This document shows, in pieces, positions 39,310 through 51,500 of a DNA stretch of 64,000 nt (its first letter is position 1; the number at the start of each line of letters is the position of its first letter). The notes beneath the pieces were generated by a model, which did no database searches, was not told where the DNA came from, and saw nothing but the letters and a program-made list of their open reading frames with translations. A program made the translations under genes and the position numbers. This DNA is from Geosiphon pyriformis uo1 (lineage: Eukaryota; Fungi; Glomeromycota), in assembly GCA_016748015.1 (NCBI GenBank), contig JAAOMT010000025.1, forward strand, positions 23,133-87,132. Reading direction: 5' to 3'.

Positions 39310-40695
39310 ATGAATTCAGAAAACTACAACAATCTTAAACAATATTTGGAAACATTAACAATCCCAACAGATTGGTCTCCAGATAAAAAACATCAACTAC
39401 AACAACAAGCCAAACAATATTTTCTACACAACAACATTATTTATCATCAAAATTTCAAAAACCCAGACAAACTACTCACACTAATACAAGAACAGGAAAA
39501 AGAAACCATATTATACAACATGCACTCAGATCCTTTATTAGCACACTTCGGAAAAGATAGCACCACTCAAAGAACACTAGAATACTACTTTTGGCCTTGA
39601 ATGAAGAAAGACATTCACGAATATGTCAAATCTTGTAATAGTTGTCAAAGAAGAGAAGAAACACACCTTACTGAACCATTAAATCCAATCAAAGTTGGAC
39701 AACCCTTTGACCGAGTTGGTATCAATTTAGTCAAACCATTATCTATCACCATTCAAGGAAACCATTATATTACAGTAGTTGTAGACTATCTTACTAAATG
39801 ACCTGAAGCCAGAGCCATTTAACAAGCAGATGCGAAATCAGTAGCAAATTTCATCTACAAAGACATTATTTGTAGACATGGATGTCCAATTGAACTTTTA
39901 TCCGACCAGAGAACACATTTTGTGAACAACCTAATACAAGAAATTTGCAAACAATTCAATGTCAAAAGACCTCTGTCTTTGCCCTACCATCCACAAACAA
40001 ACGGACTTGTGGAACATTTTAACAGAACATTGTGTGAGTCATTAGCCAAAGTTTCAACCAATTTTGAGCAAGAATGGGATATCTTTATTCCATTAGTGTT
40101 ACTAGCATATAGAACACTAAAACAAGATACCACAAAACACATACTATTTGATTTAACTTATGGAAGAACAGCAATGCTACCAATTAAGTTCACAGTAGAA
40201 ACATACCCAGCACAACCAATCAATAAAAACAATTTTCAGAAAACACTTCAACGAAGAGCTTACACTCTGCTTAGCATGTTGGAAGGAAAACAACGAATAG
40301 CAGCCATCCATATTGAAAACTTCCAAGCGCGACAAAAAAAACGGCATGATGACAAATTGTCTCCAGTCACCAATAAATTTAAAATCGGAAACAAAGTTCT
40401 CTTACACAGAACTAAAGCTGAAAAACAATGGAGTGGGAAATTTGAAAATAAATGGGATAGATCATTCTTTATCCATGAAGTTTTAGACAACGGATCATAC
40501 AAATTAAGACTTGATGACAAAATTCTAGCAAAAGTTGCACATGGAGATCGTTTGAAACACTATAATTCCAAAAACAATCCTGAACTATTAATTTCACAAA
40601 TTGGTATACATTCCCCTTTAATTAATTCCGAAGACATTTCCCAAAATTTAGAACCAGTAGTTGTTATTGAACAGTCTCCCAACTTAAACACTTAA
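39310..40695 (+). pseudogene. int: Gypsy-3 integrase (separate ORF with its own ATG)
   Basis: MNSENYNNLKQYL..., HSDPLLAH...CNSC, DDE core, WDRSF/GSYKL region and QNLEPVVVIE tail. All pieces lie in one frame, different from the polyprotein frame. Confidence 0.95.
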
Positions 40696-40775
40696 TTTAA
40701 ATTTATTATTATAGTTATTTTCTTATAATTTAGAAACAATCTCACAAAAACAAAACAAAAATAACATAAAAACCC

Positions 40776-41495
40776 ATGCACCAAAAAATAATTTTCTTTT
40801 ATTTCAAATTGCTTATAATAACTATTCCTCAAAACATTCAACAATTATCCCAAAAACTAATGTTAGCTTTAAAAACAATACCCGAATTATCCATTACTGT
40901 TACTGGAAACCATATTAATTATACCCAAACAGAAGTAGTTACAAATTTAGCCCCAAATTCACGAAAATATCACCCATATAAAAAAAACACAAGAAGTTAT
41001 ACTGGAATTCACCTGCCAGAACTTTTAAAGCTTGCTTTAAGAGAAAATCTAATGCTCACTCCGATTAGTATTCTACCAAATGCTACAATTCAACAAAGAC
41101 TTCAACTGTGTCTCAATGAGGAAAACACTGAATATCCTCCAATCTATAGATATTTTTACATTGGAAAAACACTCTACAAATGGAAACTAGAACTTACAAC
41201 AGCAAACCTCACAAAAAAAGCTATTCAGAAACAACTCCACAACGAATTCAAGACAACAGCTGGATCAACAAACAGTCGCTACAGGCTCAAAGCTGCTTTT
41301 AGACTTTATGACCTATTCTACACCTGTGAAAATGTACTACAAAACCCAATTTTTCAACCTTTGAAGATTCAATACATTGGAAAGCTCACAGAACTGAAAT
41401 TTTAACAATTTTCAGACCAAATTTCTTCAATAATTTTGGATTATTATCTGGAAATAACAAACAATACTTGGATTTTGACAGAGCTCAGTCTTGAG
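40776..41495 (+). CDS. Gypsy-3 ORF3, about 210-240 aa, probably helical, unknown function (one internal stop at 41403)
   Basis: 209-aa open ORF. TIPQNIQQLSQKL aligns with family A MEI[TP]DxIxxxxQxLFQ, and RLYDLF...PLKIQYIGKLTELKF aligns with TMYQL...ITINQIRKITxxQF. Confidence 0.75.
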
Positions 41496-41505
41496 GAGGA
41501 GGTTA

Positions 41506-41607
41506 TGTTACCAGACAAAATTAGAGATATCATTTAGCATGAAACTATCTTATAATTCCTATCATTAATTAGCATATATTATCATTCAAATTATCACTTA
41601 TTACATT

Positions 41608-41644
<37 letters not shown>

Positions 41645-42511
41645 TTCGAAATTATCATTTAATTAATAACCCAAATTGTATACAACACAAATGTAATCTA
41701 ATTGCAATAATCAATCATGCAATACCCCAAACTATGTAACATTCAAAAGTTTGCTGAAATTTATAGAAATTTGCCGAAATAATTGATAGTTTACTGAAAT
41801 ATCTAATAGTTCGTAGAAATAACTTGTAGTTTGCCGAAATGTATTTTTAATTCAGTGAAATTGTAGAAAATAGCAAAGTTCAAGTTCATAGAATAGTGTT
41901 ATGACAAGTTGTATAAAAGAAGAGCTTTTCTCTTCAAGAAGATGTATCTTACTTTAAATTTATCACTTAGAACCATTCCTACACATACAAAAAGAAATAA
42001 ATATCAAATAATTCGAAAAATCAAATTCTTTAATTATTGCACTTGGAAAATCCTCCAAACCCAACTAAAGTTTTGAAATTGATTAGCTACCAATTTCAAT
42101 AATCTGTTAGTGACTCCAGGCCTGGATTGAAAACGTTTCCCTTGACAAAATTTCATTTCTTTTACATCTTTTTATTTTTTTTCTTTTATTTTCTTACTAT
42201 AATCATTAGGGTAGCCTACAGACAAGATTTTTGTAGAAGAGTTGACTTTCACAGCAAAGTAACTATACATTTTAGTGAGCTTCCAGACAAGCAATTCCTG
42301 GGAAAGAGTTGACATTTACTACAACGTAACTACATAAAGTAACTGGCACGGAATTGGTCATTCTACTTATAAGCCTAGCAATTCAAATTATAGGAGATAA
42401 TTTGAAGATAAATTCAGTTACTGGAGGTTCAACCACATCCAGAAAACGTGAATTCACAGCAAACAAGCACCGACAACATTTAAGAAAAGAGACCAAAAAC
42501 CTTCAGTAACA
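41506..42511 (+). repeat. Gypsy-3 3' LTR
   Basis: TGTTAC...GTAACA. The first about 120 nt match 33116-33238. Contains a poly-A tract, an approximately 20-bp periodic TAGTTTGCCGAAAT array (about 41748-41865) and TATAAAA at about 41912. Confidence 0.95.
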
Positions 42512-45049
42512 ACAAGCTGATTTTTTTTTTTATAGCTTTAATATCTGGTGCTGCTAGCATCTTTTTTTTGAAAAAAATAGTCAAAAAGACCAAAAATTCA
42601 AAAAAGTGGAAGCAGTCACTTGCCTCTACTATTGTTATACTAAATCTCTTTGTAATTTCCAATAAGATCTTAGATAAAATTTCTGTAGTATTATTTGGTA
42701 CATTATCTAAGATGAACCAAGATCAACTACTGGCTGTATTGTTAAATATAGTGTTCTTTAGCAGATTATTGTCAGTTTTAGAAGCAAAACAATTATCTTC
42801 TGTAGTGTTATCTGTTTTTGAGAACTGGACTAACCAGATGAAAACTGATTTATTCTCTTCTCTGGTTTCTGGTGCTGTCTTTGGTGGTACTTGGGAAACT
42901 ATTACTAGTCATTAAAGGTTTTTTGGGTGAATAGCCTTTACTCTGGTACTTGATGCTACTTTTAAGATCAAATTGGCTTATATTAAGACTGTTTTTCAGT
43001 CTGTGCATGGTTTTTTGGATGCAAAATCAGTGTCAAAAAACAGTGTAAATTTTTTCTGTATGGAGTTTGCTTTTTATGTATCTTTGGAAACTGCATTTTT
43101 GGTTGAATTTACAAGTTCTGTTTATTTAATTACTTTTAAAATTGCCAAGTTTTTAGTGGTTTCTGAGTCTGGTTTCTCTTCTGCTGTTGTTGTACTGTGT
43201 AATATGCCTTTGGGTGTATCTGCTGCTAATATTAAGACAGCTCTTAATGTGTTTGGTAAAGTTGCTTGTGTTGTGCTAAAGCCTACTGGCATTTGGCAAT
43301 ATGTAATTATTTATTTTATAAAGCTGGACTCTATTGTGTCAGCTTTGAATTATTAGTCAGTTTTGGTAAATAAGAATAGTATTAAAATTCTTCTCTTGGT
43401 AAATTAAAATAAGACTATTTTGTTTTATAATAGATTTAAAACCAAGTTGGTTAATCTTTCTTCTGGCTATACTACTTTTAAAATCAGTAAAATGGTTTTT
43501 TAGATTGGTGGTCAGATATGTTTCATCTCTCATCTTCTTGATTCTGGTTATTATTTCCAGTTTGCTCTAATTACATTTGGCTTTTAAGAGGATTTAAATG
43601 CTGTTGTAATCAAAACTAATACACTGAGAAAATGCCACATTGGGTAAAAAACTTCTGGCTGTTGATGCTGTTTTAGGTGTCAAAAAATCAGCCATTTAGC
43701 TGTGAGTTACATGATGTCTCTATTTTTCTTTTTCAAAACTTCCAAGATGTTTATATTATATTTTGTTGGCTCTAAATTTTATGTCAAGACTTCTGCTCTT
43801 TTGAGCTTCTTTGAGTTTTTATCTCTGTTACTCTTTGCACTTCTTTTAATTGTTGCTAGTAATCTTTTGGTGCTGTCTTAGTTGTTTTTTCTGGAATCTG
43901 ATTTGACTAAGCTTTCTGCATTAGTTAAGTTTATTGTTAAATCTGTTGATAAATTGGTAATGGTTTTCAAACAATTTATTAAGAGTGATTTTATGTTAAA
44001 CAGCAAGCTTGATAACAAAGTTAATAAGTTTATAGTATATTTAAGTGCTTTTAGCAAATCTGTTAGTAAGTTAGAAAAAGAGATTGTTGTCTTAAAAACT
44101 GAGTGTAGTATGAGAAATATTAATTTGTTTGGTAATCTTGAAGTTTCAGTTGGAGTAAGTGATAAAGTGTTTAGTAAGTTGATGACACTCTGGAAATTTG
44201 AATCTCTTAAGATTAAGTCTAGTGTCATAAAAACAGTTAAGTGGCTTGTTAGATTAGTTTCTAGTAGTCTCACTTTGTTTGATGTAATTCAAAAGATGTT
44301 TATCTTGGACAAGTTTTCTTGTAAGTTGTCAGCATAGTATAATCTGAACTGGCTTGAGTAGCTGGTTACATATAGAAAGTGCATGAACCATGTTTAACAC
44401 TAAAACACTTAGTTTATTTTGACTTACGAAATAGTATTTGGGTCATATTCATTAAATCTTAATAAAAAAAAAATAAACAATTAAATAATCAGTTTATATT
44501 TTTATTAAACTTGATAATTCATAAATTTTAGTATAATTTTTAAGAAAATTTTTCACAGCAGTAGCAATAATTATTTGTTTTTTATTATAACATTTGTTTT
44601 ATGTTATTATAAATACATAGTATTATATTTGTTATTAAGTAATTTTTACATTTTTTAAATAAATATAATTAATTTTTAAAATATTAACTGGTAGTTATTT
44701 TTTTATTATTCATTGTTTTTAACTAAGTAATTAAAAATATATTTTGTTTAGATTTAAAAAGAACTTGAAATGTCTTATACAATTCAGCAAATTTTTTTTC
44801 TTGGGATTTTTTTTGAACAACCACAATTGCAACTTATTTCCAAAAAATGATTTGCTTTTTTGTATTTGGTAAAATGGTTATAATTATTATTATTTATATA
44901 TAGATAATCTTATATATTAATTTTTATTATCTTGTAATTTTTTCACATTATATTTAACAAATTAAATGAGCTTTATTGATTTTATTATTGCACAATCCAA
45001 TAATAGTTTTTTGGCAGTAAAAAATTAGATCAGACCAATGACAACTATT

Positions 45050-47865
45050 GTTCTATTCTTATTGCACTGTTTATGTCCTTTTGCGTTTTTCTTTCTTGCT
45101 TTTTTAACATAACAGAAGATTAGTAAATTTGACAAAAAAACAAACAATACATTACCATATCTTTATTATACTGTAAAGGCTCCATATTCTTTATAATCTC
45201 TTTGTACTGTTGGACCCACTCATTACTTGCATTATGTCTACCCCAAAGAATGCCATTTTTTTTAACAGGGTCAATATAGATATTAACAACTTGTGCAACA
45301 GTAATTTTATTACATTACCATCTGTACCATTGAAACATGCATACACATTTTTTGAGAGTCCATAAATGCTCAAATGTCCTATTCTGTCCTTGGCTTCTGT
45401 TTGTGTTTTCACTCCAATGTTTAAAGTGTTATTGTATTCAATATCTTCAGATGTCACTCCAAGACTTATGTAAATCCCAAGGTAAGGTAGAAGGAAGGAT
45501 TTGCAGTCATCAATGCCAATATAACGAGCTGTTTGTTTGAACATATTATTCATTTTTTGTCATTTAAATGATTGTTTGCTCTCTTCTTGCTGCTTTTTGT
45601 CACCAGTTGAACCATCAGCTTCATGATTCCTGACTTGAATACCAATGAACATCACGTTTTCCTCTGTGATTGGAGTTTTATCATCTTGAACCATGACAAC
45701 TGGAATGATAATATCCACTCCTCTTTGATTTCACTTACAAAAAACTGCTGCACCATGAAAGAAAAATTTGATAAAATCTAGCCTTGTAGGCATGAACTCA
45801 ATATATACGAAATGATTAAACCTGATCTTGCTATCACAAAGTGTTATACTGTTGGCTTGAATAGTAAAAATTGAACTAAGTTTTTTCCAAGCGTCCTGAC
45901 CAACAAGTGTGTCAAAAAATTTTTGTATGGTGATGGTCTGTGAATACATGTTCCAGACTTTGGGTTTTGACTGAATTGATTTGTTAATTGCCAAAAGACA
46001 CAGAATTCTACCAACAAGTTCACTCTGATCACCTGCATTGACAATGATGTGATTCCTGATTGAGCTGACTAATTGGCCCAAAACTTGCACAAGAATTCCA
46101 GATTGGTTCATTATATAACTTGCAGCTTCGGCTAACACTGGTTCACTTAGACATGCAGTAACAAGAGATTCCCGTGTCTCATTAACATGGCGCAAGATTC
46201 TCATATGGCTACTGACTAACTCAGATGCTTGTTGTAAAAGGCTCAAGATTTCTAAATAAAGCCATGATTCAAAAATTACTAGTGCTTTTGTTACTTTTTC
46301 GATAACCACAATTCACTCTGTTTCATATATGTTCTTGGCTTTTTTACTGTTGCAGAGAATTTTCTCTGTGGCAAATTCCACAATGACTTGGTTGGCAACA
46401 TCTGTCCAGAGAGGATGGCCCATATAGTGAATTTGATTCATTGTTGGTAAAACTGTAACAACTACCAGTTTTTGCATATGGCAGTCCAACACATTAAGTA
46501 AATAAAATGGTTTACACAGCCTTTTTTCTTCAGAGCTGATTCTGCTGGACAGATTGTGATAATTTGCAGAAGAGAAATTTGAAACTTTTGATAGAGTGTT
46601 TATGAAAAGCACCATAAAACCACCTGAGTCCAGAATGGCCTGTAGTGCCCTCTGCAGATTACAGAAATTATCATTTTTGGTGAGCATTCTGGTTTCATCA
46701 AAAGCCAACAACATTTTTAATAAATGTTTGTTTAGCTTCGTCAACATAACTATAAGTTTTTTATATTGAACTGCTACCTCTTTTCAAATGTCCTCAATCT
46801 GAGATCTTCTGGTATTGCTGAACCTCACTTTCATCTTACCTCTCACATTGTTCTAAAGACTTTTCTGCAAGTTGAACATATTATCACAAATATCACTAAT
46901 GAGAATATCAAATATGCGGCCACATGTCTTTTCTAATGTTTTTTTATGAAGTTAAAGTTGTGTGTTCATGAACCCTAAACACTTGCAAAACAAAGCCACT
47001 AGAAAAACAAGATAATGAGCTTCCAAATATGCCTTTCCAGTAAGTTCAGTGGCAATGTCCAAATGATTTGGATAGTCTTTCAATTCAGGATCACGTAAAC
47101 AAATATAAATGACTAAAATATTTTTTTCAACTGCCAATTCTTGCAATAGTCTGGACTTTTCTGTCCTGCTGGCCTGTACTAGTAATGTGTAAGGAGCATA
47201 AAACTGCTGTGACATCCAGCTCATTGTGCACTGTTTCAGATGACAAAAGAAGACATTGACGTAGTCCTCTTGAGATTTCATCAATGTACTTTTGAATGCG
47301 GTTTTCAACATAGCATAATTTAGGTTAAATTTCTGTGCATTGACACTACTTTGCAGACTGGATGCTGAAGGTCCTCTTGTGAAACCAGTGTCGAAATAAA
47401 AAGCAAATGGATAAGCCCAATTTAGCCAGCATTGCAAATAGTATCTCAAGGTTTCATTCAAAAAAAGGCCTCTATTCCCAACATCCAAGTCACAAAGTCA
47501 TTACCTGTTTTAGTTGTTTCCATCAACATATTTTGTAATTTTTGCATCTGCAATTCCCATCTATTTTTACTCATTTTTAGCTCTTTCACTTCTTCTTTTA
47601 GCTTTTTTTTTAGCTTTTCTTTTTGCTTTTCTAGCGTCTTTATATCTTCTATCCACCAATGCTTTTTGTTTTTGTTCTTGTATTTCTTCTGTCTCAAATT
47701 TTTTTTCAATTCATGTAACTCATCTTTCTTTTTAAACTCATCTTTCTTCTCACCCTCCCATAACTTTTCTAGCTTCTTACCCTTTTGCTTCAGCTTCTCC
47801 ATGTATCTCCTATACTCAGTCGTAGCCACCTTTAATTAATGTTCAATTTTGTTAACACTAGTCAT
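45050..47865 (-). pseudogene. CR/Crinkler-type protein: coiled-coil N-terminus, P-loop NTPase and PD-(D/E)xK-like nuclease; disrupted
   Basis: APYTLLVQASRTEKSRLL (degenerate Walker A), LLAFDETR (Walker B), SEPVLAEAA, NAGDQSELVGRIL, RFNHF, GAAVFCK*NQRGVDIIIPV...FIGIQVRN (REase fold). ATG at 47865; internal stops and frameshifts. Probable intron at 45099-45155 (GTAATG...TACTAAT...AG). Confidence 0.75.
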
Positions 47866-48551
47866 AGTGTTTTGCATGTTTGTTATGGTTTGGGAAGATA
47901 TGGCCTAATATATGTTTGGTTCGTGTCAATGATATTTTAGATTTTTGATTTATCAGTATAAATTTAACAAACCTTATTATTGTTAAATTATAACAATAAT
48001 CAGAGTTTTTAATTTCTGCAGTATGCCTATATTATATAATTGTTATTTAATAATTATTGTATTGTGCAATATTTCATTAATATGGTTATTAATATTGAAT
48101 AAAATTTGTTTTATTATTTTAAAATAAAAATAATTATAAGTTTTAAAAATTAGAATTAATACTATTAAAATTGAAAAAAATTAAGCCAGTATTAAAATAT
48201 ATTTTTGTTATTATTTTATATATATATATGTAACTTTAAAACTTATTAAATAAAAGTTTATGTATTTTAATTTGAAAATAAAACAAATTTAATAATGTTA
48301 TTTTTATGTATTAATTAAAACTTAAAATATGTAACAAAAATATTATTTACATATTTTTTATATGTAATTAGTAATTTAAACTTATATTAAACTATATGTA
48401 TTTAACAACTTTTTATTTTTTTTTATTTTATTTTTTTTACGAGTGAGATCCAAACACTACCTAATACTATACATCAAAGAAATGATCTAAATTAGGCATG
48501 AATCATGCACTTTCTACATATGACCAGCCACTTGGACCAGTCAGAACTACA

Positions 48552-51500
48552 CTACACAGCTATATGAACTGAAACTGAGCTACCTATGCCTGAAAAAAAC
48601 AAACAAGACTTGCAAAATCTGAAATGAACACCAAAAGCCTCAGAAACACCTAGTGACTTGACCATCCCAGCAGAAAAACTCAAAGCCAAACCAAAAACAG
48701 ACATGAGAGCCAAACCATCAAGTGGAATCAACCTGTTCTTTTCCATATAAGCCTAGTGTTTAGCACAAACTAACCAAACATTCTCCTTAAAAGCAGCACC
48801 AAGAGAGCACGCGAACCTGACAATCTCCAAACCAGCAATCTTGGGATCATAGAAGATGAAAACAGCCTTACACCACCAACCATTAAAAACAAAACCCTTG
48901 AATAGAGCCGTGGACATTGAAGGATCAAAAACACAGGATGACAACAGCTGCAATATACCCGAAAAAGAGTGAAAAAAACCAGAAAGTGCTCTCCAAGAAC
49001 CCATGTGAGAATCCAACAACTGATACTGAGCAGACTCGTCCACTTTACAAAAGAATATATGATCCAACACCTTTATCTCACCACAATACAAACACAACAC
49101 ACTAGGATATAGTTTATCATAAAGATGCTTTTGAACAGCCACAGGCAGATGATAATGCAAAATCTTTATGAAATAAGTGTGCACATTAGCCGAGGATCTG
49201 CCAGTAAAACCAATAACCATGTGCAAGTCAGGATGCCACACCAACAAAGAGCGGAGCCAATTGACCTCAGAAATCAAATCACTTGTCAAAAACTTGGAAC
49301 CAGAACCAATCTTCCAACATGCCCAACAGACAGAATAAAAGACATCATAAACAAAGTGTTAAGAATTGTCAGAAACAATACCACTATCAGCCATCAAAAA
49401 GTGTTCACTCAGGTGAGGAAAAAGAGACCAACCAGAAAAAAAAGTATTACCAGCAATGGCATCAGCACATTCATTTTCTAAAATACCAGAGTGACCCTTC
49501 ACCTTATGCCAACTAACTCTCAAATTCTTATCACAAATAACATTGACAATGTGCTGGCACTCAACCCAACACTAATTACAAAAGTCAAGATGAGTCAGAC
49601 TCAGTTTCGACTTACAAGCATCTAAAGCAGCCTGACTATCTGAATACAAGCAAATAGAACTAGATGAAGGAATACACTCCAAGGCCAATACAATAGCTTG
49701 CAACTTAGCCAAAGTAGATGACATCAGCCCCAACATACTGACGCCCAAGCCCAAACCAATGTCCTCAAAGAAAACAGCAGTGCTAGCTCTACAGCCCACC
49801 ATGCCTAAACCCATCAGAGATTCATCTGTATACACAGACAAACTACTAGTACCAACTTAAAAAAAACACTCACAAACAGACACAAAATCACTAGAATCAA
49901 AAATGTTCAATGGACCAATATCACACGAGACTACAGGAGAAGCAAGAAGAGAAGACGTATCATAGAAAAATACAGCAGAAAGCTTAAACCACTCAGGAAT
50001 AGAACCACGGGGGTCCAATCTCTTCCAATGCTTGAAAGTGTACCAATCAAAAACTGTACCATGACAGTCATGAAGTTGATCCACAAAGGCAATACCATAC
50101 CATCGGAGAGAAGGAAGAAACCTGAGAAACTTTAACTTGCCCAGAATGGCAAACATTGGAACTCCACTATGAAATTGGAATGAGCTGGCTAGAAAACCAC
50201 CCAGAGATAGATTGCAACCAAAAAAAATACAAACCATGCCTGCCAAAAAGTTATCAGAGGCACTGACATGAATGTGAACAGGAAAAATCAAAAGATGAAT
50301 GGGGCTTCAACACAAAACTTGCAAATTATGGGACTTGTAAGAAAACAGATGACCCAAAATGCCACCAAAGTTTACAAAATTGACAAGAAAAGCAACCTTG
50401 CTCTCAGACTGAACCTGAACAAAAGATTTCAAACCATAAAAAGAAGAATGGTAGATCATATCACTAGGAAAATTGAGTGGCAAACTGGACTTGATTTTCA
50501 ATTCCTTATGGATCAGAGCATCCCACTTGTTACACATGCCAACTGGAACAAAACTGAACTGCGTTTTATAACTGACAATTGGATGGAGAACTACCAACAC
50601 CAAATATAAGAACTGTTTATCCAAGACAGCTTTTTTCAGGACCAAATTAGTGAAAAAATGAATGCCTGAATTCACTTTGGCCAAACTAGACTTCAAGAGA
50701 TCCTCAGTTGATAGAAAAATACTTAAATACTAATGAGATTCACCTTTTTTGGCGATAGAGATTGGTGAGCCACTGATAAAAAGAGAAGGATTGCTGACTC
50801 TGCTATTGATGAGAATGGCCACTGTTTTGTCATTATTGATTGAAATATTGTTAATCTGAAAAAATTTACTAGCTATATTGAGAATATGCTGAGTAGTATT
50901 TTGACTGCTACCAACCCAGATTGTATTGTCAACAAAAGCACCAGCAGCAAAAAAAGAAGAGAGCCCAGCCCGAGATTCGGCACAATCACTTTCAGAAACA
51001 AAATGAGAATTCAACCTATACCCGCACACACTTTCTTGACGCTTGACTTCACACAACAGAGGATCATAAAATATATGCCACAAAAGGGGAGAAAAAACCT
51101 CTCCTTGGTCCAGGCCATTGTGCATGCAATAGCCATCTGTCAAACCAAAATCTGTCATCACACGGTTGGTGCAATCTTTATGAACACTGCCCAAAAACTG
51201 AATAAATTTGTTGCACATCTTAATTCTGACCAAGCTCTTTTTGAGATGCTCCCAGCCAACTGAATTGTATGCCTTTCGCATGTCCTGAAAAACCAACCAA
51301 AGCTCTTGGTTCTTTTCTAGAGCATCCTCAATAACCAAACCAACAGCAAAAATGAGGGACTGCATTGTTGTACCCTTCAAAACCAAAAAATTGTCTCCAT
51401 AAAAAACATTGAAAGTGCTGCATGCCAAAGAAATTCTATTAGAGAGAATCTTGGAAAGAATCTTACAAACTGTTTCAATTAAAGCAATAGGATAAGTATT

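Larger units (their letters stand above)
33116..42511 (+). mobile_element. Gypsy-3, full-length Ty3/Gypsy element with dUTPase (family B); the least decayed copy
   Basis: TSD acaa (33112-33115 and 42512-42515). The 5' LTR starts TGTTAC at 33116 and runs into the gap. PPT gaggaggagg at about 41493-41502; 3' LTR 41506-42511. Confidence 0.95.
32791..44473 (+). mobile_element. ORF1-only non-autonomous non-LTR element (HAL1-like), copy 2, interrupted by Gypsy-3
   Basis: ATG at 32817 (MTRAKSKKA). Collinear with copy 1 on both sides of the Gypsy-3 insertion. Stop at 44337, then the LINE-type 3' UTR and poly-A. Confidence 0.85.

Noticed and set aside
40500-40695. Chromodomain at the integrase C-terminus
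   Set aside because: Only about 45 low-complexity residues follow the GPF/Y region, with no aromatic-cage or Y-x-VKW pattern.
40776-41537. ORF3 as env, or ORF3 extending into the 3' LTR like nef
   Set aside because: There is no conserved signal, furin or transmembrane feature. The extension into the LTR appears only in Gypsy-3; family A copies end DFDxAQY* before the PPT, and the same peptide lies in another frame here.
47432-47839. F/S-rich + strand ORFs and the K/E-rich ORF 47458..47829 as independent genes
   Set aside because: The K/E-rich ORF is the frameshifted N-terminus of the NTPase gene, and the + strand ORFs are its antisense shadow.
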